Positions 1-9,427 of a stretch of 64,000 nt of DNA are shown one piece after another. Each line of letters begins with the position of its first letter. The first letter of the stretch is position 1. The notes beneath the pieces were generated by a model that ran no database searches, was not told where the DNA came from, and saw only the letters and a program-made list of their open reading frames with translations. Source of the stretch: Bacteroidales bacterium (GTDB lineage Bacteria; Bacteroidota; Bacteroidia; Bacteroidales; JAQUTK01); NCBI GenBank assembly GCA_028709785.1, contig JAQUTK010000021.1:610-64609 (forward strand). The letters are read 5' to 3'. The translations under genes were made by a program, and so were the position numbers.

Positions 1-428
1 CTGATTTTGTTGTCAAGGTTATCGAACGTCATGTGGAGAAGTCAAAGAACAATCTGAAAGGTTCTCCTATTATTATTTCAGGAGGCTACGGCGTGGGCTC
101 AAAGGAAAACTTCCAGTTATTGTTTGACTTGGCAAAAGTGATCAATGCGGAAGTAGGAGCGAGTCGTGCGGCAGTAGATGCAGGATATGCAGATCATGAC
201 CGTCAGATAGGTCAGACAGGAGTAACAGTTCGCCCGAAACTCTACATCGCTTGCGGTATATCCGGACAGATTCAGCATATTGCCGGTATGCAGGAAAGCG
301 CCATCATTATCTCCATTAATAATGATCCGAATGCTCCCATCAACGCTATCGCTGATTATGTGATCAATGGTACGGTAGAGCAAGTGATTCCCAAAATGAT
401 CAAGTATTACAAACAAAACTCCAAGTAA
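1..428 (+). CDS. etfA: Electron transfer flavoprotein alpha subunit, C-terminal part (5-prime end lies outside the window)
   Basis: The frame is open from the window edge. It carries the ETF-alpha C-terminal FAD-binding signature SRAAVDAGYADHDRQIGQTGVTVRPKLYIACGISGQIQH. An acyl-CoA dehydrogenase gene follows 3 nt downstream. Confidence 0.85.
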   Translation, partial: DFVVKVIERHVEKSKNNLKGSPIIISGGYGVGSKENFQLLFDLAKVINAEVGASRAAVDAGYADHDRQIGQTGVTVRPKLYIACGISGQIQHIAGMQESAIIISINNDPNAPINAIADYVINGTVEQVIPKMIKYYKQNSK

Positions 429-431
429 GAA

Positions 432-2138
432 ATGGCAAACTTCTATTTAGATACACCTGAGCTCAGACATCATCTGAACCATCCTTTAATGAAAAGGATC
501 GTGGAGCTCAAAGAACGTGATTACGCTGACAAAGATACATATGACTATGCGCCACTTGATTTCGAAGATGCGATGGACAGCTACGACAAAGTGCTGGAGA
601 TCATCGGAGAGATCTGTGGCGATATTGTTGCACCCAATGCGGAAGGTGTGGATCATGATGGTCCCACGGTAGCCGATGGTCGTGTGACCTACGCTCCGGG
701 CACGAAGGAGAATCTGGATGCTTGTACCAAAGCCGGATTGATGGGTATAGCTATGCCAAGATGCTACGGGGGGCTCAACTTCCCGATGGTACCTTATATT
801 GTAGCTGCCGATTTAGTATCACGCAGTGATGCCGGATTTGGTAATCTCTGGGGATTGCAGGATTGCGCGGAAACACTTCAAGAATTTGCCAACGCCGATC
901 AGAAACAACGCTATATCACCCGTGTGTGTGCCGGCGATACCATGTCTATGGACTTGACCGAACCGGATGCCGGATCCGACCTCCAGGCTGTGATGCTCAA
1001 AGCAACTTACAGCGAGAAGGATCAGTGCTGGTACCTCAATGGTGTCAAACGTTTCATCACCAATGGTGACGCAGATGTTCATCTTGTGCTTGCCCGTTCG
1101 GAAGAGGGGACTCATGATGGCCGCGGTTTGTCTATGTTTATCTATGACAAACGCAACGGTGGTGTCAATGTGCGCCGTATTGAAAATAAGATGGGTATCA
1201 AAGGATCACCTACCTGCGAACTCGTTTACAAGAATGCAAAAGCTGAACTTTGCGGAGATCGCAAATTAGGTTTGATCAAATATGTCATGTCTCTGATGAA
1301 CGGTGCCCGTCTGGGTATTGCCGCTCAGAGTGTCGGACTTTCACAGGCTGCGTATCTCGAAGCACTTGCGTATGCCAAGGACCGTAAGCAGTTTGGAAAA
1401 GCGATTATCGAATTCCCGGCTGTCTATGAGATGCTCTCTTTGATGAAAGCGAAGCTCGATGCCTCACGTACTTTGCTGTATGAGACAGCCCGTTATGTAG
1501 ATGTGTATAAAGCCCTCGATGATATTGCAAAAGAGCGTAAACTCACGCCGGAAGAACGCGCTGAACAGAAGCTATTTGCCAAACTTGCTGATGCTTATAC
1601 GCCGCTTGCCAAAGGAATGGGTAGTGAATTTGCCAATCAGAATGCATACGACTGTATCCAGGTGCATGGTGGATCAGGCTTCATGAAAGATTACGCCTGC
1701 GAACGGATTTATCGGGATGCGCGTATCACCAGTATCTATGAAGGAACCACCCAGTTGCAGACAGTGGCTGCTATCCGCTATGTGACTAACGGATCTTACC
1801 TGGCTCGTATCAAAGAATATGAGGCAATGCCTGTCGCTCCTGAATTTGAAGGTTTAAAGAATAGACTGAAAGATATGGCTGAAAAATATGAGGCAGCTGT
1901 TAACTGGATCATGGAAGAGAAGGATCAGGAACTCCTGGACTTTGCTGCCCGCAAACTGGTTGAGATGGCTACGCTCATCATCATGGCCTATCTGATGCTT
2001 CACGATGCCAGCAAGAACAGTGCTTTATTTGGCTCTTCCGCTCAGGTCTTCCTGCGTTATGCGGAGACAGAAGTAGATAAGCATGCGCTTTTCATCGAAC
2101 GTCTGGACAAAGATGATCTGGGCTATTACCGCAAATGA
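432..2138 (+). CDS. Acyl-CoA dehydrogenase (long, about 570-aa type)
   Basis: 568-aa ORF with ACAD motifs (DLTEPDAGSD, MGIKGSPTCE, IYEGTTQLQ). It sits directly after etfA. Confidence 0.9.
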   Translation: MANFYLDTPELRHHLNHPLMKRIVELKERDYADKDTYDYAPLDFEDAMDSYDKVLEIIGEICGDIVAPNAEGVDHDGPTVADGRVTYAPGTKENLDACTKAGLMGIAMPRCYGGLNFPMVPYIVAADLVSRSDAGFGNLWGLQDCAETLQEFANADQKQRYITRVCAGDTMSMDLTEPDAGSDLQAVMLKATYSEKDQCWYLNGVKRFITNGDADVHLVLARSEEGTHDGRGLSMFIYDKRNGGVNVRRIENKMGIKGSPTCELVYKNAKAELCGDRKLGLIKYVMSLMNGARLGIAAQSVGLSQAAYLEALAYAKDRKQFGKAIIEFPAVYEMLSLMKAKLDASRTLLYETARYVDVYKALDDIAKERKLTPEERAEQKLFAKLADAYTPLAKGMGSEFANQNAYDCIQVHGGSGFMKDYACERIYRDARITSIYEGTTQLQTVAAIRYVTNGSYLARIKEYEAMPVAPEFEGLKNRLKDMAEKYEAAVNWIMEEKDQELLDFAARKLVEMATLIIMAYLMLHDASKNSALFGSSAQVFLRYAETEVDKHALFIERLDKDDLGYYRK

Positions 2139-2168
2139 CTTAATTTGATTCCATAATATAACACGTGC

Positions 2169-2206
2169 GAAGCGCCCGGATGTTCATTCATCCGGGCGCT
2201 TCTTTT
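2169..2206 (+). terminator. Rho-independent terminator after the acyl-CoA dehydrogenase gene
   Basis: 14-bp stem GAAGCGCCCGGATG / CATCCGGGCGCTTC with a 6-nt loop, followed by TTTT. Confidence 0.75.
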
Positions 2207-2221
2207 AGGTGTCTGTCGAAC

Positions 2222-2695
2222 TCACTTTACAAAATGCTTTTGATACTGTTCTTTGGATAGTTCGGACTTTACATCAAAGCACGGGCACTGTTTGACCCAT
2301 TCATCGGGCTCTACGATTCCGTTGCCGTCCAGATCCGGAGAAAGCTCCCGGTGGCCATATACCTGTGCACCCGGGTAATCCTGCAGGAGGCAGTGCACCA
2401 GCGAACGCAACGCATATTTCTGTTCGAAGGTACGGGTATCCGCAGGGATACCGTCCGGAGCCAGTCCGCCTTCGTAGCAGATACCGATAGAATTTGCATT
2501 GTGCCCCCGGCAGTGCGCACCGATCACTTCAGGCTTACGCATGCTTGAGATTATTCCACTCTTGCGGATATAATAGTGATACCCGCACTGATTAAACCCC
2601 CTCCGGATATGCGCCTCCTCCAGCTGTTTTTCCGTGAAGTCCCTGTCTGACCGGGTTGCCGAACAGTGAATAATGATTGTATTGATAGTTCTCAT
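2222..2695 (-). CDS. N-acetylmuramoyl-L-alanine amidase (amidase_2 / PGRP fold)
   Basis: Motifs IIIHCSAT, GYHYYI, IGAHCRGHNANSIGICYEGG. The start is taken at the internal Met (MRTINTIIIHC), not at the ORF-track start 2737. Confidence 0.85.
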   Translation of the reverse strand: MRTINTIIIHCSATRSDRDFTEKQLEEAHIRRGFNQCGYHYYIRKSGIISSMRKPEVIGAHCRGHNANSIGICYEGGLAPDGIPADTRTFEQKYALRSLVHCLLQDYPGAQVYGHRELSPDLDGNGIVEPDEWVKQCPCFDVKSELSKEQYQKHFVK

Positions 2696-2731
2696 ATAAC
2701 TTGATATTTCTGATAGTATACGTAATAAGGA

Positions 2732-2782
2732 AAACAAAAAAGGGAGCCTCCGATCTTCCCAAGGAGAAGAAAGGAGGCTCCC
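2732..2782 (-). terminator. Hairpin terminator downstream of the 91-aa gene
   Basis: 10-bp arms GGGAGCCTCC / GGAGGCTCCC. On the minus strand a TTTTTTGTTT run follows. Confidence 0.65.
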
Positions 2783-2792
2783 AATAAACAGC

Positions 2793-3068
2793 CTATTCGG
2801 CTTTTCTAACGGAGCAATCCGCCACTATGCATTTCTGTCCCGCGTTGCGGCTCATCTCTTCACGCAGTCCGCTGATCTCCGTATAGAGCAACTTGATGCG
2901 CTCACACAATTCGAAGTAATCTTTCTGAAACTTCTCGATCTGCTCCACCAGGTAGTCATACTGATCTGTCACCAGCTCCGTAAATTCCCTGGCCTTCGCC
3001 GGATCACGCTTAAATAGCGTCAGAATTGTCAGCAACCATTCGAAGATCATTCTGATTTTAGCACTCAT
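2793..3068 (-). CDS. Hypothetical 91-aa protein with an N-terminal hydrophobic helix and a coiled-coil
   Basis: Clean ORF between the HU-like and amidase genes on the same strand. No motif recognised. Confidence 0.5.
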   Translation of the reverse strand: MSAKIRMIFEWLLTILTLFKRDPAKAREFTELVTDQYDYLVEQIEKFQKDYFELCERIKLLYTEISGLREEMSRNAGQKCIVADCSVRKAE

Positions 3069-3084
3069 GATACCCTACGAATGA

Positions 3085-3501
3085 TTACGGTTCAGTTACT
3101 GCGGCCGGTTGGACGATGATCCCGGTTGATTTGAAGGAGATCGTCTTCATCATATCCTGCAGCAACTTGCCCGGTGTGAAGAGAATCTTCTTTCGGGTGA
3201 TCATCGATACAGCATACTCTTTCGAATCCTCCACGCCGGTGCCACCGATACTCATACGGAAATTGCCAAACTCACCCAGCTGGATGATCCTTCCCTCTGC
3301 CAATCCCTGCTTCATGGCGAAGATCAGTCCGTCGAGAGCCGCCTGGACATCTCCCTTGATGCAGGTGCCACGGTCGGAGATGGTGGTACACAATGTTTCA
3401 AACTCAGTTTTTCCGCTGTTTTTTACAGCGCCGTAATACTTTTTAGGCGCCAGTTTGTCCTTCGGGTTATGCCGAAGCACCAATTTGTAAGGAACACTCA
3501 T
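3085..3501 (-). CDS. HU-family DNA-binding protein, Bacteroides-specific long form
   Basis: MSVPYKLVxRxNP...GKTEFETLCTTISDRGTCIKGDVQAALDGL...GRIIQLGEFGNF pattern, typical of Bacteroidales HU-like proteins. The start is taken at the internal Met. Confidence 0.8.
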   Translation of the reverse strand: MSVPYKLVLRHNPKDKLAPKKYYGAVKNSGKTEFETLCTTISDRGTCIKGDVQAALDGLIFAMKQGLAEGRIIQLGEFGNFRMSIGGTGVEDSKEYAVSMITRKKILFTPGKLLQDMMKTISFKSTGIIVQPAAVTEP

Positions 3502-3718
3502 AATACAAAAAATTAAAGATAAATAATAGAAAATCGCTGTGTCGTGGATCCTTGCGACAACATTACAAAGATACAACAGCGGAATAGGAGCAAGGGAAGT
3601 ACGACGCAGTAGGTGGCAGTTCGTGGACGATAAAGTTGAACTTTCATTGAAAATGCGAAATAATCTGATTTTTGATGTTAATATCCTCTATAAAATGTAT
3701 GAGTCTTGAATTAATAGC

Positions 3719-3726
3719 TATATTTG
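3719..3726 (+). promoter_or_regulatory. Bacteroides-type -7 promoter box TATATTTG upstream of the LRR tandem array
   Basis: Matches TAnnTTTG about 47 nt upstream of the ATG at 3773. Confidence 0.5.
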
Positions 3727-3772
3727 CTCATCATAATTAGATTTTGTTTGTCGAATTATAAAACTGTTTACA

Positions 3773-4651
3773 ATGAAAAATCAACAATCACTTTCCTTTT
3801 TGCTGCTCACAGTATGTTTATTACTCAGCAGTAGCCTGATGGGTAAAGTTACTAAAACAGTCGATGTCGCAACAGCAGGTACCTTACCCACGCTGATTGC
3901 AGCGAGTGAGAAAGATCAGATAACCCATCTTACCCTGACCGGTAATCTGAATGGAACGGACATCCGTTTTATCCGTGAAATGGCAGGTCTAAATGTGAAA
4001 GATGAAATAACAGCCGGAAAGCTCTCTGTCCTGGATCTTTCGAAAGTAAATATTGTGGCAGGAGGAGACTACTATTTCAGAGATAACAGAGAAGGCCTGG
4101 TTATAACGAATAGTCGTGAACGTTATGCTTCTGACAATGTGATTGGAAAAGGCATGTTTAGTAAATTAAAAGGATTGACCCAGGTTATCCTTCCCAATAG
4201 CCTCACATCCATAGATGCTGGCGCATTTTTAGAATGTTCCGGTCTGACCTCTGTGATTATTTCCGATCATGTTAACTCAATAGGAAATGCTGCATTTGCA
4301 CTTTGTACCAGCTTGAATTCTATAATCCTTGGCAAAAATGTTACATCCATAGGTACAATAGCCTTTTATTTCTGCGACAGTTTGACCTCCATTAAAATCC
4401 CCAAGAGTGTCACTTCGATCGAAGAACATGCATTTTCCCAATCGTCTATAAAGAAGATTCATTGTGAAGCTTTGACACCTCCATCTTATCCCTCTAAAGA
4501 ATCAGCAAAACTTACTTCAGGTAACAAGCAAGCCAAGGAGGTATTCTACGCGTTTACAAAGAGTTGCAAGATTTATGTTCCCAAAGGGACAGCTGCTGCC
4601 TATAAAAATGCAGAGGGTTGGAAGAGTTTTAAGAATATCATTGAAGAATAA
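3773..4651 (+). CDS. BspA-type leucine-rich repeat (LRR_5) secreted protein, paralog 1
   Basis: Signal peptide MKNQQSLSFLLLTVCLLLSSS. Repeated ...LTSxxIPxxVTSIGxxAFxxC... units. Conserved C-terminal tail IHCEALTPPS...CKIYVPKG...AEGWKxFKNIIEE. Confidence 0.85.
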   Translation: MKNQQSLSFLLLTVCLLLSSSLMGKVTKTVDVATAGTLPTLIAASEKDQITHLTLTGNLNGTDIRFIREMAGLNVKDEITAGKLSVLDLSKVNIVAGGDYYFRDNREGLVITNSRERYASDNVIGKGMFSKLKGLTQVILPNSLTSIDAGAFLECSGLTSVIISDHVNSIGNAAFALCTSLNSIILGKNVTSIGTIAFYFCDSLTSIKIPKSVTSIEEHAFSQSSIKKIHCEALTPPSYPSKESAKLTSGNKQAKEVFYAFTKSCKIYVPKGTAAAYKNAEGWKSFKNIIEE

Positions 4652-4668
4652 ACTTAATACCAAAGACA

Positions 4669-5997
4669 ATGAAAAACCAACAATCACTTTCCTTTTTGCT
4701 GCTCACAGTATGCTTATTGCTCAGCAGTAGCCTGAAAGCACAGGTAAGTAAAACAGTGGATGTCGCAACGGCAGGCACCTTACCCACGCTGATTACAGCG
4801 AGTGAGAAGAATCAGATAACCCATCTCACCCTGAGCGGCAATCTGAATGGAACGGATATCCGTTTTATCCGTGAAATGGCAGGAAGGAACATGAATAAAA
4901 AAGAAATATCCGGAAAGCTTTCAGTTCTTGATCTCTCGCAAGCAAATATAGTATCAGGAGGAGGTTACTATTTCAAACATAACAGAGAAGGTGTTGCTTC
5001 AACTGATAGTAATGCTCGTTATACCTCTGATAATGTGATTGGTAAAGGCATGTTTAGTGGCTTTTCTGGATTGACCCAAGTCGTCCTTCCCAATAGCATC
5101 ACATCAATAGCTGATGGTGCATTTTTAGGATGTGAAGGTCTGACTTCTTTAATTATTCCGAATAAGGTTACGTCCATAAATTTCGCTGCATTTGCAGGTT
5201 GTTGCTCTCTGACTTCTTTGATCATTCCCGATAATGTCACATCAATAGGTGATGCTGCATTTGCAGTATGTACCGATCTGACTTCTTTGAAAATTAGCAA
5301 TCATCTTACATCAATAGGTGGTTCTACCTTTTTAAAATGTACCGGTTTGACTTCTTTGACCATTGGCAACAATGTCACTTCAATTGGAGTTTCTGCTTTT
5401 AAAAATTGTACAGGATTGACTTCTGTTCAAATACCCAACAGTGTCACTACAATTGATGATGAGGCGTTTCATTCGTGTTCGGGCTTAACTTCCGTGGCTA
5501 TAGGCAGTGGTGTCAAGTCAATTGGTAGCTCTGTTTTTCACAATTGTGAGAAATTAAAGAAAATAGGAGTGTCAGAAGAGAATAGTTTCTATTGCCAGGT
5601 AGATGGAGTACTATATAGTAAGGATATGATGACATTGATCAAATGTCCGAATGCAAGATCAGGAAAATACGAAATCCTCGAGGGTGTTGGTTCGATTGGA
5701 AATGATGCTTTCTCCGGCTGCAACAGATTGAAATCCATTACAATCCCCAAGAGTGTCACTTCAATCGAATCTCATGCATTTCTCCAATCGTCTATAAAGA
5801 AGATTCATTGTGAAGCTTTGACACCTCCATCATTAGGAAATTCACAACCACGTACTATCGACAGTAAGATAAGCGATCAACTCAACGCATACAACACATT
5901 TTTAAAGAAATGCAAGATATATGTTCCGAAAGGTAGTCTTTCAGCTTATACGACTGCTGAACAATGGAGAATGTTCTCAAAAATCATGGAAGAATAA
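4669..5997 (+). CDS. BspA-type LRR secreted protein, paralog 2 (expanded repeat number)
   Basis: Same signal peptide and tail as paralogs 1 and 3, with about 150 extra residues of LRR_5 units. Confidence 0.85.
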   Translation: MKNQQSLSFLLLTVCLLLSSSLKAQVSKTVDVATAGTLPTLITASEKNQITHLTLSGNLNGTDIRFIREMAGRNMNKKEISGKLSVLDLSQANIVSGGGYYFKHNREGVASTDSNARYTSDNVIGKGMFSGFSGLTQVVLPNSITSIADGAFLGCEGLTSLIIPNKVTSINFAAFAGCCSLTSLIIPDNVTSIGDAAFAVCTDLTSLKISNHLTSIGGSTFLKCTGLTSLTIGNNVTSIGVSAFKNCTGLTSVQIPNSVTTIDDEAFHSCSGLTSVAIGSGVKSIGSSVFHNCEKLKKIGVSEENSFYCQVDGVLYSKDMMTLIKCPNARSGKYEILEGVGSIGNDAFSGCNRLKSITIPKSVTSIESHAFLQSSIKKIHCEALTPPSLGNSQPRTIDSKISDQLNAYNTFLKKCKIYVPKGSLSAYTTAEQWRMFSKIMEE

Positions 5998-6015
5998 ACT
6001 TAATACAAAAAGACA

Positions 6016-6894
6016 ATGAAATATCAACGATCTCTTCCCTTTTTGCTGCTCACAGTCTGTTTATTACTCAGCAGTAGCCTGATGGCACAAGTAAGTAAAA
6101 CAGTGGATGTTGCGACGGCAGGCACCTTACCCACGCTGATTACAGCGAGTGAGAAAGATCAGATAACCCATCTCACCCTGAGCGGCAATCTGAATGGAAC
6201 GGATATCCGTTTTATCCGTGAAATGGCAGGTCTAAATGTGAAAGATGAAATAACAGCCGGAAAGCTATCTGTTCTGGATTTGTCGCAAGCAAATATAGTG
6301 GCAGGAGGAGACTACTATTTCAGAGATAACAGAGAAGGCATTGTTATAACTAATAGTCGTGAACGTTATACATCTGACAATGTGTTTAGTAAAAACATGT
6401 TTTATGGCTTCACAGGATTGACCCAAGTTGTCCTTCCCAATAGCATCATATCAATAGGCGATGGCGCATTTACAGGATGTACCGGTTTGACTTCTATGAT
6501 CATTCCCGATCAGGTTACGTCAATTGGATTCGTTGCATTTGCACTGTGTACCAGCTTAACATCTTTGACCATTGGCGATCATGTTACAACCATAGGTTCA
6601 TTAGCCTTTTCCAACTGTACCGGTTTGACCTCCATTACAATCCCCAAGAGTGTCACTTTGATCGAAACTTATGCATTTACCCAATCGTCTATAAAGAAGA
6701 TTCATTGTGAAGCTTTGACACCTCCATCTTATCCATCTTATAAACAACCAGCAAGAAATAATTCAAATAACAAGGAAATCAAGGAATTCAATGCATTTTA
6801 TAAGAAATGCAAGATTTATGTTCCCAAAGGGACAGCTGCTGCCTATAAAAACGCAGAGGGCTGGAAGAATTTTAAGAATATCATTGAAGAATAG
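6016..6894 (+). CDS. BspA-type LRR secreted protein, paralog 3
   Basis: 292 aa, about 90 percent nucleotide identity to paralog 1 over the first 400 nt by eye, with the same tail. Confidence 0.85.
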   Translation: MKYQRSLPFLLLTVCLLLSSSLMAQVSKTVDVATAGTLPTLITASEKDQITHLTLSGNLNGTDIRFIREMAGLNVKDEITAGKLSVLDLSQANIVAGGDYYFRDNREGIVITNSRERYTSDNVFSKNMFYGFTGLTQVVLPNSIISIGDGAFTGCTGLTSMIIPDQVTSIGFVAFALCTSLTSLTIGDHVTTIGSLAFSNCTGLTSITIPKSVTLIETYAFTQSSIKKIHCEALTPPSYPSYKQPARNNSNNKEIKEFNAFYKKCKIYVPKGTAAAYKNAEGWKNFKNIIEE

Positions 6895-6960
6895 ATTTGC
6901 AGTGCGAAATATGATAAATTACATCCTCATTAATTAGTACTATTCATTCGTTTGAAGTTC

Positions 6961-9296
6961 ATGAAGAGATTACTTATACTGCTTTTTCCCCTTTTCACTC
7001 TTCATTCCGTCTTTTCCCAAGTGGTGATAACAGGAACAGTAGAGCAATAGAAAACAACAAAGAGATTCCATTGGAATTTGCTTCAGTGAGAGTCTATAAT
7101 AAACTAGACACGACCAAAGTCGTTTCAGGTACTTATACCGCAAATAATGGTACGTTTACAATTAATGTGATGAAAGGAGAGTATCGGCTTCTGTTCACCT
7201 CATTAGGATATAAAGCAAAGTCTCTGGATCTGGATTTAACGTATTGGAACGAAGAAGTATATCCTGTTGACCCCCTCGTTTTAGAAGAAGATAAGCGCTT
7301 GTTAGCGGATATTTTTGTCGATGCCAGGCGAATGGAACAAAATATTGATAAGCTGGATATTACCTTTTCCGACGAACAAAAGGCATCTGCGAAAGAAGCT
7401 AGGGACCTGATGCTTTCTATTCCGCATTTGCTGATTGATAAGATCTCCAATACATTAGCCAGTTCAGACGGGAAGCCCGTTCTTATATTGATAAACGGCA
7501 TCCGTTCAAACGATAGTGAGTTGAAATTAATTCCCGCCAATAAAGTGAAAAGGGTAGAGTACTATGATATTCCACCCATCCGCTACGGTGTATCCGGAAG
7601 TGTAATCAATATCACCACAGAGAATTTGGATTCAGGGTGGGCCGGAGACTTTTATCTGACAGCAACCCAATTTTATTCAATGTTCACGCCTTATGTATCG
7701 TTCATCAACGGGAGGCACAAATTTACGCTCGGGTCAGATCTGCTGGTGAATCCCAAACGAAGCGTCAAAGATCATTACGAAGGAAAATATACCTACTCGC
7801 TTCGGGGTAAAGATCATGAGTATGGATATCAAAGGGAGGAGCAGAACTGGGGCAATAACGGGAATTTTTCTATGGCATATACCAACTACAAAGAGAATAA
7901 ATATGTTTTTCAGGCAAAAGCAGTGATAGGCTTTTTAGCCGATAATTACGATGAAACCAGAAATGTGACATATACCGTTGATACCATTCAGGATACCAAA
8001 AAGGGGGTGTTGACAAACAGGAATAAGTCGTTTTTCCCTTCCCTTGATTTATATTATTCGAGAAAATTCAGTGAAAGCCGGGAGTTGAATCTGAATCTCG
8101 TTTCGGCCATTTTTACCAACCAGCAGGATCTTTTTTCTGAAGAAAAAGGTTTATATCCCTTCAAGGATGCCATGAATAATGACAATCAGAAGAAAACGAC
8201 CATTGGAGAGATCAATTATGTGACAAACATCGGAAAAAACAATTTCTCGTTCGGCTATCGGACAAATATCTCCTCCGCTGATAATACGATAAGCAATATT
8301 TTAACCGGAGAAAAGGATTTAACGGATAAGATATACCTTCAGGAGCATTATCTCTATGGAGAAACGTCTGGCAACCTGAACAAAATCTCTTACCGTGTAA
8401 GTTTGGGAGGTAAACTAAACACAACGGAAACATCCGGCACTAGCTTCAATCAAAAGCAATTTACGCCGGTTCTCATCTTGGGCTATCCGCTCAATATGCG
8501 CAATTATATCCGTCTACACTATCAATCATCCACAGGAGTACCTCAGATTCAACAATTATCCGGCAATTCAATTATGGTGCTCAACAACATTGTACGAAAA
8601 GGTAACCCGGATTTAAAAAGTAGCCAGAGTCATGAAATCAAGTTGTATCATACCTATTCAGGGAAAATCATTAACACAAAGATTGCTTTGTATTTCGAGA
8701 AAGACAATAATTACATCTTTGACTATTACCAGCAAGAGGTGATCAACAATCAGAACTATATCACACTTTCCAACGTCAATGCCGTTAAAAACCAGCGTTA
8801 TGGCATCGAGTCAAACCTCTCCTTAAAACCAATAAAGGGACTCAGAGTGGGATGCAATTTCAAAGCATACAAACAGACGTTTCAGCCGACTGCAACTTCC
8901 GCGGAAATATCAAAATACTTTTATCCGGTTACCCTCTATGCATCCTATCAATATAAGAACCTCTCTTTTGACTATTATCAAAAGTTGAGCAGCAGCTTTC
9001 TTGATGGAATCAATGTTAGTGGGATTGAAAAGGTTTCCTACCTAAGTGCCGGATATTCCTACAAGGATTGGATTGTTCAGCTGACTTACTATTTCCCCTT
9101 TGTGAAGAACACTTTCCGAAGTTATACGATAGTTGATAGTATGGTCAGCAGCTATTACCAGGGATGGCTTAAAAGCAAAGAGAAAACCTTCGGGCTCTCT
9201 GTTTCCTGGAGATTCAGCACGTCAAGAAAGGAATATAATGCAGATAAAAATATCTCCAACGAAGTGGATGATAAAGGTACTTTTGATGTAAAATGA
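6961..9296 (+). pseudogene. Outer-membrane beta-barrel protein (CarboxypepD_reg N-terminus plus TonB-receptor-like barrel), disrupted by a frameshift near 7040-7050
   Basis: ATG 6961 encodes the signal peptide MKRLLILLFPLFTLHSVFSQVVITGTVEQ and then TAG at 7048. The 741-aa ORF continues in another frame (open from 6933) with ...IENNKEIPLEFASVRVYN, which is the expected continuation of a carboxypeptidase-regulatory-like domain. The ORF-track start is a TTG with no signal peptide. Confidence 0.6.
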
Positions 9297-9354
9297 TCGT
9301 TAGGTATGAATTAATCAAAAAAACGCGATTAATTCATACTTAACGATCATTTTC
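9295..9354 (+). terminator. Long hairpin terminator between convergent genes
   Basis: 22-nt arms GATCGTTAGGTATGAATTAATC / GATTAATTCATACTTAACGATC with 1 mismatch and an 11-nt loop, then ATTTT. It overlaps the TGA stop. Confidence 0.65.
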
Positions 9355-9383
9355 CGACGAGTAATCGACTTTTAGATTTTGCG

Positions 9384-9416
9384 AAGAAGCTCCCACCGGG
9401 AGGGTGGGAGCTTCTT
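9384..9416. terminator. Second GC-rich hairpin in the convergent intergenic region
   Basis: AAGAAGCTCCCACC / GGTGGGAGCTTCTT arms, located 12 nt beyond the esterase stop. Confidence 0.5.
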
Positions 9417-9427
9417 GTTTAGCGGTG

